From contig RBNJ01000224.1 in the NCBI GenBank assembly GCA_003990765.1, forward strand, positions 1-36,314: a DNA stretch of 36,314 nucleotides, written 5' to 3'. Origin of the DNA: Jimgerdemannia flammicorona (lineage: Eukaryota). The notes under the pieces were generated by a model. It worked only from the letters and a program-made list of their open reading frames with translations, did not search any database and was not told the DNA's origin. The position numbers and the translations under genes are program-made. Of the stretch, positions 22,601 to 32,572 are shown one piece after another (position 1 is the stretch's first letter; every line of letters begins with the position of its first letter).

Positions 22601-25600
22601 TTGCTACTGCTCTATAGCTAGGGGTGAGCAGATTATATGGATTAGGAATCTTTTAGAGGAGAGCATTCTCTTGGAGAAAGGAGTTGATATTCTGGAAGGT
22701 GACTTTAATATGGTGTGGAATCTTCAGTTAGATAGAACTGATAGAGGAAAGAGTGCAGAGAGGAAGAGTAGTGGTCTGGATACATGAGAGGAGGTGGAGA
22801 ACCTTAGCTCCTTAGGAGATATGGGCAGAACATAGTGTAGAGAAAAGAGGGTCTATATACACTAGGTGAATGAACTGAGTATGAGAATTAATTGGATTCT
22901 AACAGCCAAATACTGGGGCATAGATGTTTGGAAGACTCTGAAGGTAGAGTAGTATCTGTAGTCTGATTACTGGAGGCTATTAGAGCAGGAGTAGTTTGGG
23001 AGGAGTGGAGATAGACCCAGACATTGGCATTTTAACTCCTTTCTGCTAGCTGAGAAAGTATTGTGGGACCTATGGGTGGAGGACATTCAAGTGAAGATTG
23101 CTAGCTAGATATGTAAGGGTTCATCTGTAAGTATCTATTGAATGAAGTTGAAAGAGACTGTGAGGGTTTATTGGAGAGAGACTGGTAGGGATACTGAGAG
23201 GCAGAGAAGAAATAAAGTTAGATATACTTCAAATCAGTTAATTAGATTACAGATAGAATAGGCAGATTTGATATCTTCTGAAGAGATAGGTGGATGGAGG
23301 TTAGAACAAGCAAAATTGAAGATAGTAGAGCTGCAACAAATACTGAGAGAGGAGGAAGAAGTATATATGAAAGGAATGGCAGTCAGGCTGAGGTAGCAGG
23401 AGCTTGAGGAGGAGAAGAGGCCTACTAAGTACTTGTCAAGACTCCTTCAGGCCAGCAGGATGCAGCATCAATGAGATGGGGTTCTGGATGTAGAGAGGAA
23501 AATAGTACATAGTATGTAACAGATCTTGGAGATATAGAAGGAGAGGTAGAAGGGTCTGTGGAGTGAGGAGGAAGGGGGTGAGGATGAGGAGGCAATTGGA
23601 GACATGCTAGAGGATTGAGATCTGCTATAAGTAGAGGGTATTAGTGACTTGATCCTACTAGTCCAAAAGGAGGAGATCTAATAAGTCCTTGTAGCAACTA
23701 AGCTTGGGACAGCACCAGAAGAGGATGGGTTACCTTGGGACTTTTGGAAGAAGATAGTGAAGATTCCTGGAGTGATAGGAGAGATGATAGCTCTCTGTGA
23801 CTATATTCTTCTGAATGGTGAGTGGGTTGGTGAGCAGAACTTGGAGTTGGTGGCCTTATTATATAAAGACAAGGGAAGAAGGGAGAACTGGAAGAACTGG
23901 AGACCAATCATGCTTCTGGATATAGACAGGAAGATAGTGACCAAAGTGATTGTTGTAAGGCTACAGAAGATTGCCCAACAGATACTGAGTGAGGAGCAGT
24001 GGGGCTTTTTTGGAGGCAGGCTTATCAGAGATGGAACTGCCTGAGTTTATGGCATTATTGAAGAAGTATGAACTTGTGGATTAGATAGAAGACTGGTCTT
24101 TTTAGACCAGAAAAAGGCCTATGACCACATTCAGTGGGTGTGGCTGGATAAGATACTAGATAGAATTAGTGTTCTCTCAAGATTTCAAGCTTCTATATTA
24201 AATTTGTTAGAGGGAAGTAGGACAGCACTGATGTATAATAGTCACCAGGGTCTAGTATTTCCATTGGAAAGAGGAGTTCCTTAGAAAGATCCATTGTCTC
24301 CTATCCTCTATGCTTTTTTATTAGAATTTTTAATAGATAGGATATGACAGAAGATGGCAGAGCTCTCTATATATGATATGGTGTGGAAGGTGGGGGCCTT
24401 TGTAGATGATATGGTAGTTGGACTTGGCTTAGTGGTGAATGTTGAGGTACTTAAGGAGATAGTGGAATGGTATGAGATATACTTTGGGGTGAGACTTAAC
24501 TGGCATAAGTGTGAGATGATGGCACTGGAGACCAGGTTAGTGAAAGGAGATGTCATTGGAACAATTGTCCCTACAGGAGAGGCAGTGAGGTATTTGGGTA
24601 TCTTCCTTTTTATATATGGTTCAGTCTTATCATGGGTGTGATGAGAGAGGAGGGTAGCTATTTAGGGAGAGACTCTTAGAGGTTGAAGAGGTCACCACAT
24701 CTCCCTAGTAGGCTGGATATCAATCCTGAATATCTACTGGTTCTCCAAGCTGTGGTATATTGCTTATCATTTGGACTTTTCAGCTTGGGTAGTGAAGAGA
24801 CTGATGAAACTGGCTAGAGATTGGATTTGGGTAGGGAGGTGGTCTCAGATCAGTTGGGACGCTCTTGCAACACTGGTGGTTTGGGGAGAGCTAGGCCTAG
24901 TGGATTTTCCTAAGAGGCTGTATTGCCTGCAAGCTTGGTGATTGAAAAGGGCTGTTGAATTACAGGGAGGAGACTGGGTACTACTGATACAGAAGGTGTA
25001 AGAGATGAGATTCTCTCCATGAGGGTCCTTGGCAGATTTGTTATCTCTAGTGAGTATAGATGGAAGCTGATGACTATGGTATAAGGGCTTCTGGTGAGGG
25101 GTGGTAGATAGAGTACACCAATAGACCTATACTGGTAAAGTAATAAGAGGAAGATGCTGTGGGGTCCAGCTATGTGGTAATAGAACAGACTGTTTCTGAG
25201 AGATATTCCACTTACTGAGTTTGATATTGGTGAAGGAGTAGAGTATCAGTGGGGACTTGGTCAGGATCTATGGCTAAGTAGTTGGCAAACAGTGAGAATT
25301 GATAAGGAGTAGGACTGGGCAGGAGTCTGATCATAGAGTGCTGAGATATGGAGGTAGCTTTCTCCCAAGTTCTGAGTGGTATGATGGCAAATACAGTAGA
25401 GAAATATCATATTGAATTTCTGTACTGGATATCTGGTAGATGGTAGATGACTAGATTGTAAGGAGTATTATAATATAAAGTAAGTTAAGAGATTTTTACA
25501 GATACCAGAATATTGACTGAGAGAGTGTAAGGTTCTGAGGAACTTTTGAATAGTAATAGAAGACCAGACGGGTGTAGAGAGGAGGCCAGATGGAGAGAGA

Positions 25601-26004
25601 GATCACTGGGAGGATTTGAAATCTCAGTTAGTAGGTGGTGTAGACAATGGATAGCTCACTATAGGGTGGGTTCTAGCTGAATGGGTAGGGCTGACTGAAC
25701 ATTAGCTCTTTGTTTTTGAGGAGAGATATGTAGTAGATAGATATACAGGAGAAGTTGTTAAGATGGGAGGGATTGATGAGAGATTTGCTGACTGAGTAGT
25801 GGGTTGGTTGGAGTCCCCAGAGTGGGTGACACCACTATCTGGTAGAAGGGATCTGTGAACAGAGTGGACAGATAGTGATAGTGAATGATAAAGTGGTCTT
25901 TCATCAAGAGAGGGTAGGGAGGGGGGGCTCTAGGGAGATTAGGTAGGGGTGAGTATAGTATGTTATATAGAGAATAGATAGTATATTAATAAAAGAAGGA
26001 GTCT

Positions 26005-26035
<31 letters not shown>

Positions 26036-27097
26036 GAGATCAGGATATCTTTGAAGGAGATGAGATCAGCTTCATCTATTTCATGTACTTTATTGTGCAT
26101 TTCACATATGTTGTACTCTTTGCATACTTTGTACTCTTCATGCATATCATGTGGGATAATGTTATCACTGATGATGTCATCACATTTGGTGGAAAAATCA
26201 GGAGCTCTCTAATCTATGAGGTTTTTTTCTACAAAATAGAGAATAAATATAGAATCTTAGAGAGGTCTGACCTAAATGCTGGGGTCTTGGAATATAGAGG
26301 TCAATCCTTACAAGAATTGATCTAAATTATCCTGGAGAATGAGATACCAGAACTCTTCTACCTCATCACTATTAAGGGTAATAGTGGACTGGGCTTCTAT
26401 TGTCACCCTGGCTTCTAGTGCATTGATATGGTGGGCTGACAGATCTCTGAAGTCTGTGACTCTAGTATACTCTAAGTTAGGGATTGACTATGGTATATGT
26501 CTGAAGATCTGATGAATCTTCTTGGCTATCCTTATTTTATATATATCTATGAGAGTAGTATCTTATAATTTTTGAAGGCTGGTCTGAGGGAACTTCTGGT
26601 AGAGAAAGTTTTTTATTTCATACTCCTACTATATTTGGAGGTATTTAGTAGTAATAGTGATTCTTTTTTCTATTTTACAGTAGTAGAGAATAAAGTAATA
26701 AAGATCCTCAGTACCCAGGTTGAGGCTAGAAGTCCTTTTTATATGAGTCTTTATGACTCTTCTGATGTCTTAGAACATTCTTTCTTCAACTAAGGAGTCT
26801 TAGTGGTTTCTTGACCTTAAAGTTTAGTGAGTAGCAGGCATTTTTTTTATAGTAAGTCTTTGAGCTATTTTGGGATTGGTGGGTCTTATTGAGTTATTGC
26901 TACTATAGTTCCTTAGTCCTTCTTTTATATTCTCAAGATGTCTGCCTTATGGCCACAATGACTCATAGTTGGTCATTATTACTCATATTGTAGCCTGGGT
27001 GAGTTATGCCATATGATCTCCTTATATTCTAATCTAGTGGCTTGTAAGAAAAGGCTATATCCTATGCTGATGTCATTATTCTGAGGTCACTGTTATA
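19622..27097 (-). repeat. 5' LTR of the Gypsy element, split into 19622-20171 and 26050-27097 by a LINE insertion
   Basis: Both pieces align end to end with 12405-14002. Candidate TATA box TATAAATA (minus) at 19856-19863. Confidence 0.92.
20172..26035 (+). mobile_element. Full-length LINE copy 3 (same family as copy 1), heavily mutated
   Basis: ORF1 remnant ~20266-22260. ORF2 remnant 22290-25946 (NWRPIMLLDIDRK, DQKKAYD, AFVDDMVV, VRYLGI). AATAAA followed by A27 (26009-26035). TSD AGAGATCAG(A/G)ATATC at 20157-20171 and 26035-26049. Confidence 0.95.
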
Positions 27098-27101
27098 ATA
27101 C

Positions 27102-27443
27102 TTATAAATATATAGAACTACCTCTATATTTATACAGTCTTACTCTTTTAATACTTTTGTTTTTTTCTCAGTTCTTGAGAAGTTTCTGATAATTCTCACT
27201 TCTTAAATTTGATTCCTACTGACTTCATCCAGAAATATCTTCTTGGTAAGATGGATTTATACTTCTATTAGAATTATTAGAATTGATATATAATTGTTAT
27301 TAAATTTCATAGGTAATTCTCTCTTTATCCAAATATTCTTAAATAGCTTTGGTGTCAGATAATTTAAAAATGTAAGGAGCAATTTTCTCACCTTGTTCAT
27401 GTTTCAAAATGCTTTTGATGGTACTGTAATTTTTCGGTTCCAT
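27102..27443 (-). pseudogene. Probable N-terminal part of the copy A transposase, displaced by the Gypsy insertion
   Basis: MEPKNYSTIKSILKHEQGEKIAPYIF... from ATG 27443 on the same strand as the transposase. It is contiguous with 12404 once the Gypsy element and TSD are removed. Confidence 0.5.
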
Positions 27444-27918
27444 AGTGGATTTGATGTAAACTAGTTTTATATAACTATTTATATAGGAATAGTCATACAT
27501 ATATTCACATAAATTATGTCATTTACGTTAAAAAAAAAAATTGTTAAATAGCATTGAATATATTATCAGTAGTTATAGAATACGTACTATCATAATTAGT
27601 CCTATAATATCATTAAACTGTTTGTTTGTGATAGGATTTGTATTGCTGGTTTTGGCTACGATAACAATAACTTATGATGAAATTGAAGGTATGCGTTATA
27701 TATTTACTATGCACAGGTCAGTCTCACTTTGTCGAATTTCTTTACAGCATTAAATAAAGGATTTTCTTTATAATAATGGATGGAAACACGGAGAGAAGCA
27801 GAGCAGAGCAATATCATTGAACAGAAAATTTACACCAGTGCTTTATCTTGGCAACACTTATTGATAAATCCCATAGTTCTTTTTCTCCTTATCTACATTT
27901 CTTGCTCGCCTCCACAAC

Positions 27919-29113
27919 TCATCCTTCCAGTATTATCTTCGGCATTCTCAACACTTGGCGGACTGTTGTTTCCGCTGTCCGAAGTACGAATTGATTAATC
28001 TCTTCAAGTAATTCCTCTTGCCTCGTCACCTCGTCCTAATAGTAAAACGTCACCGCATAAAAGCCAATCATAAACATCAAATTTGTCTGAACACGTACGT
28101 GAAATATCGCCATCATCCGGAGGATGGCCTTATATTGGCTCCGGCCGTTAAAGCTGAATGGTATGAGAGCAGAAGCGAGCTCGGTCACAAGAAAGCGGCC
28201 ATCAGGAAGCAAGTTTAGAGTGTAGAGCGTCAGCCGGGTGCCTGAAAAGACAGGGATAATTATCAAAAAAAAATATATTTCTCCACGATCCCTATAAAAT
28301 CATATCATTACACAACTGCTACAAACCAATCGCTTGAGTGCTGAACACTTTAATCTTCGTTGCGAGTTTTATATCGCAGTCAAGATAATCCTGTAGCACT
28401 GTTATCAGATTCAAAATGTCCATTCGGAGGGTTTTTTTTGGTGTCGTCCAATGTATGACCGATAGTTGCGTTTGAAGGGGGGCCAGCGACTTCCATGTGC
28501 CATACATCAAGGCCATCAGAGTTTCTTGCTGCTTTCGCGTCAACAAGCACAGTTCCGGAGTTGGTGGATGATTTTGCCATTTTAGCAGTGTGAGCATGAG
28601 ATTCTACCCAATCGAAATTGAGTGTCATGAATGTAGTCTCGTAAAACTTGAAGAGGGATGCTATATGATAGATGATGTATTTTCGCTCGTCGATTTTCCG
28701 GCTCATCGTTGAACAGACATCGACGAGATTGAAGCTTATATTTTAAAAGAGATGTGACAATCAATATTTCATAGGCACAATCGATGGATGTTAACGGTAA
28801 AACTTACAAGTCAATGAGAACTTTCTCGCAATATAGTCGGAACAGCTCATCCCCAACATCCGGTACTTTGATCTGGATTGCCTGCTTAAAGTCGTCGCCT
28901 GTTTTCTGTAGTATAATAAAGTAAGTACCAAGATTGGAATTTTGTATGAAGAAATTTCAAGGGATACGTGCCTTGAGAGCATCATCGATGTACTTTTCCA
29001 AGGCAGGTGTCCAAAAAGCAGGGTTTTTTACGCGCACCGACGATACTTCCTGGGTCGCACTGGAATTTGAAATATTTTGCTACTACAAGCTTTGGTTCGG
29101 AACTGACAGACAT
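27919..29113 (-). CDS. Five-exon hypothetical protein with a putative PD-(D/E)xK/REase-like domain; two apparent +1 frameshifts (pseudogene or homopolymer sequencing error)
   Basis: Exons 29113-28972, 28905-28808, 28734-28327, 28241-28099 and 28035-27919, joined by phase-consistent short introns (one GC-AG, three GT-AG). Motifs ERKYI, FDWVESH, VLVDAK, HMEVAGPP, DDTKK and TVRQVLRMP. The region is CpG-rich and unmutated. Frameshifts fall at A-runs near 29025 and 28435. Confidence 0.75.
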
Positions 29114-29167
29114 GGTTGAAGTGGTTGAAGTGGTTGAAGCGAGAAATTTCGTGTTTTACGCGACGAG

Positions 29168-29193
29168 GTCACGTGCAAATATGATCACATGAC
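29168..29193. promoter_or_regulatory. Paired E-box-like motifs (GTCACGTG and ATCACATGAC) upstream of the host gene
   Basis: 55-80 bp upstream of ATG 29113. GTCACGTG is the Cbf1/bHLH consensus. Confidence 0.45.
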
Positions 29194-29247
29194 TGTTTGT
29201 CTGAAAAAAAAATTCCTAGTGTGTAAACACATCTCTTTGCCCATACG

Positions 29248-29480
29248 TCCGTGCCTGTCATTTAGACGGCGGCTGTTGATGGAAGTGTGAAGGGGAGACC
29301 ATCATGCCTGTTATTTAGACAGTGATCTCCTCATTATAGTCACCTGCTGGCTGATTTGACATTTAGTTGATCAGTTTAGTAGAGGTGCATGTAGGAAGAC
29401 TTCATGCCTATCATTTAGATGGTGAACTTCCCTGTGTGCAAAGGTAGGCTACCATGCCTGTGCCTGTCATTTAGATGGCA
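29248..29480. repeat. Cluster of four imperfect direct repeats TGCCTGTCATTTAGAYGG
   Basis: Copies begin near 29252, 29305, 29405 and 29461. Confidence 0.75.
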
Positions 29481-30141
29481 GAGTGGTGGATAGTTTCTTA
29501 CTAAATTAGACCTCTTTTTTGGCTTTTCCTACTGTCTAATATTGAGTATAACTTTTAGGCTAGACATTATAATATCTCTGATCAATTAACTACCCACTTG
29601 AGGTCTGTGCTTTTATCTATAAGCAGAAACTTATACAACTAGTAGTGCACTAAGTATATATTTTTACTATGTCATTTGGTAATTATATATTATATTAATA
29701 TAGTCTGTCTTTTATACTAGAATTATCTAAAGAATTCATCAGAATGTGTTGGTCATACATATATAAAGAAGTTAATAATTAGGTAGATATGAAGAATGAT
29801 AGTAGTTCTTGTTAGATAGAAATAAAAGTAATACTGTAATGATTTGATTAGGGCTATTAGTGTCAATAAAAGCAGGCATACAACTCATGCTAAAGAAGTT
29901 AAGAATTTCTCAATAAAAATAAGTTTAATGTTATAATACTAAGAGATTGTTTCATCATTTATCAGCAATTATATATACCAACCAGCAATAAAACTTTAGA
30001 GGATCAAATAAAAGAGTATGGCCAACTCTTTATATTGAAGACTTAGAAAAGACATTAATAAAAAATTGAGTAAACCTCATCAGAAAATTATTTATTTTGA
30101 AAACAGAGCTGAAATTCAAACAGGAATGAAGAAATTATATC

Positions 30142-30816
30142 TGATATCACAAGTTCACTTTGTCTAGTTTTGTTGCAGCATGCCCTATATGATAATATAA
30201 TATCTAGGAAAATATATGAGGCATACTGCATAGTGCTCCGAATGAGTCAATCTGGATGGAATTTAAATCCCATCTGGATGGATTCGAATCAACCATTGTT
30301 TTGATTTCCAAATTAGACAATTAAATATTTACATCAATAACTTGATGAATAATCATCCAAATTTGATGATCTTGGTGTTATCTGAAAGCCCTTAATAAGG
30401 TCTTTCTAATGATACCAAGTACATTAAAATAAGATTACGTGTTGCCGAGATATTGAGGAAAACATTCTCTTTGACAAAATTTTCAAAATCAGCAATTCAG
30501 ACGGTTTCTTTCATAACTCAGCAATACATAATCCGATTTCAATGTTCTTAGTATCATTAGATAGGCCTTATTAAGGGCTTTCAAATTACACCAAGATCAT
30601 CAAATTTGGATGATTATTTATTGAGTTATTGATATAAACATTTAATTGTCTAATTTGGAGATCAAAACAATGGTTGATTCGAATCCATCCAGATGAGATT
30701 TGAGTTGATCTGGATGGGATTCAATTGAAATCAATCTGAATCCAATCTGGATTAAATTGACTTATTAGGAGCACTAGTGCTGCAACAAAACCAGACAAAG
30801 TGAATATTTGACATCA
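30142..30816. repeat. Small palindromic (hairpin) element, ~120 bp when reconstructed, interrupted by a MITE
   Basis: 30142-30180 (TGATATCACAAGTTCACTTTGTCTAGTTTTGTTGCAGCA) is the near reverse complement of 30778-30816. Confidence 0.75.
30231..30776. mobile_element. Non-autonomous hAT-type MITE with long inverted arms
   Basis: Termini TAGTGCTCC...GGAGCACTA. Inverted arms of ~200 bp (30268-30465 vs 30505-30703). 8-bp TSD ATACTGCA (30223-30230) / GTGCTGCA (30777-30784), both one transition from ATGCTGCA. Confidence 0.8.
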
Positions 30817-31199
30817 CTCTATTATTTATTTTTGCTGCTGCTTTGCTTGTAACTTTTTAATTATTCAATATTCATAATATAATTTGATTAGAGTAAGCAA
30901 ACTGAAAGTATAACCTAATTTTCTCTGTTTTCATGCTTTTTTTAAAGTCTTTACTAATACTGATAGAACTTTGATATATGTATCATAATTAGGCAGAATA
31001 TAATTTTTTTATAGAACATTTCTTTATTTTCATACTATAACTGGATTATTATTAGTAAAATATAAAAATCTGGTATATTTCTTTCATTCAGAACCACCTT
31101 AAAGAAAAATAACCATTGTTTTTTGTTTTGACTAAAATAATCTATATACTTAATATAATCTTATAAAAAGAAATATATAAGTATATAAAAGAAAAATAA

Positions 31200-32337
31200 A
31201 TATAAATTTATAATAAAAATATAATCAATAAACTCTAAGAGAGAAATAAAGAATTATTAAATCAAACTAAACAATTAAAAGCACTATTATAAGTTAAGCA
31301 ATTAAATAATGAAGAAATTAAATAAGAGATAACTAAATATTTAGTGAATAGATATATTACTCATGATCCTGATCTAGCAGTAGTTAATGAAATTGTTCAA
31401 ATTAATAATGAAGAATATTGACCAAGACTTTGCAAGAATTATTCAGCTGAAAGTTCTTTGTAAGGATATATTTGCTTGCTTTATCAATATATTCAATATT
31501 ATGATGATTGATTTAAATACTATAATGAAATAAATAATACTAAAAAAGATATTTTCTCTACTCTACAAGGTTTAGATTTAGAAAAAAGTAAGAAATTATT
31601 TAAAAATGAATAGAAGAGGATAAGATAAAAAAGAAACCATTTGAAGAAGACCAAAGAGAAGAGTTTAGAAATTGTAATGATCTTCATAGTATTTCTCTTA
31701 AAGATATGATAAAAGATATTACTAAATAAACTGTAAAATTTAAAAATAAATATAAAAGTTTCAAAAAAACTATTGAAGAACTTTTATTAGATTATTCTGA
31801 ATTAATAGAAGAGGATATAGAAAATGAAAGAGCTTATTGATTGGAAGAACCATCATAAAAATTATTAGAGAAAATCAAAAATAGTAAATTAGATAAACTT
31901 AATGAGGTTATTATGAGAATTAACAAGAAATAGGAAGAAGATACCAAAACTCACTTTATCTCTTTTACTGAAATTAGCAAGAAATAGAATGATAAAAAGA
32001 AAGCATCTTTAAAAGAAAAAATTAAAGATAAGTCAAAATTGTTGAAAAAAGAATATGAGAAAAATACTATTCAGAAAGTCAAGATTAAGGAACTTCAAGT
32101 AGAATTATATAAGCAAAAAGATTATTAGCAAAATAGTATAAAAAAAACAAAACTCAAGAAGTAGAAAAAGAGAACTTACAAAGATAATTATATTTATTTA
32201 AAAAAGCTTTATCTAAAATACTAAGCAAGTTTAAAATATTAGGAATAAAAATAAAAAGTAAATTTTTACAATTATCAGAAAAAGTTAAGTCTCAAACTTA
32301 GGAAATAGTTGCTTGGATAGAAGTTAAGACTAAGTAA
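31200..32337 (+). pseudogene. Cargo gene 1, copy B (MRE-like coiled-coil protein)
   Basis: YITHDPDLAVVNEIVQINNEE...KPFEEDQREEFRNC...KSQT*EIVAWIEVKTK-stop (32335-32337). Start position uncertain. Confidence 0.65.
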
Positions 32338-32572
32338 TAGTGAGAGAGTTAATTTATATAATCTTGAAATTGGAAGAGTAGAATAGAGAGAATAATTATG
32401 ATTTTTACTCTTACTTTAAAAATAGTGAAAATAAATCTGCTTGTCAAATCAGAACTTATAGTAAAGTAGCTGGTAAAATAATTGAAAATGACTGTATATG
32501 TGAAAACTGTAAAGAAAAGTTTTTAAATAGTAAATTACTTAAATGTGAAAGATATAGAAGATTAAAAACTAA

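Larger units (their letters stand above)
12405..27097 (-). mobile_element. Ty3/Gypsy LTR retrotransposon, structurally complete and degenerate, with a nested LINE in its 5' LTR
   Basis: Paired LTRs, 4-bp TSD ATAC (12401-12404 and 27098-27101), PBS, PPT, and domain order gag-PR-dUTPase-RT-RH-IN on the minus strand. Confidence 0.95.
8984..27500. mobile_element. DNA transposon copy A (Sola1-like transposase plus two cargo genes), split by the Gypsy insertion; left part cut off by LINE copy 2
   Basis: 8984-11965 is colinear and homologous with 31347-36314. Transposase-like coding sequence resumes after the Gypsy TSD at 27102-27443. TIRs were not identified, so the ends are approximate. Confidence 0.7.

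Noticed and set aside
27480..27530. Terminal inverted repeat of the Sola-like element
   Set aside because: Only a weak partial match (ATATATGTAT near 30975) was found, which is insufficient in AT-rich DNA.
27541..28218. Short plus-strand ORFs in the CpG island
   Set aside because: They overlap exons or the 3' UTR of the minus-strand spliced gene and have no recognisable motifs.
29252..29263. 12-bp identity (AAATGACAGGCA, reverse complement) between the short repeat cluster and VNTR variants
   Set aside because: It is too short and the flanks differ, so chance cannot be excluded.
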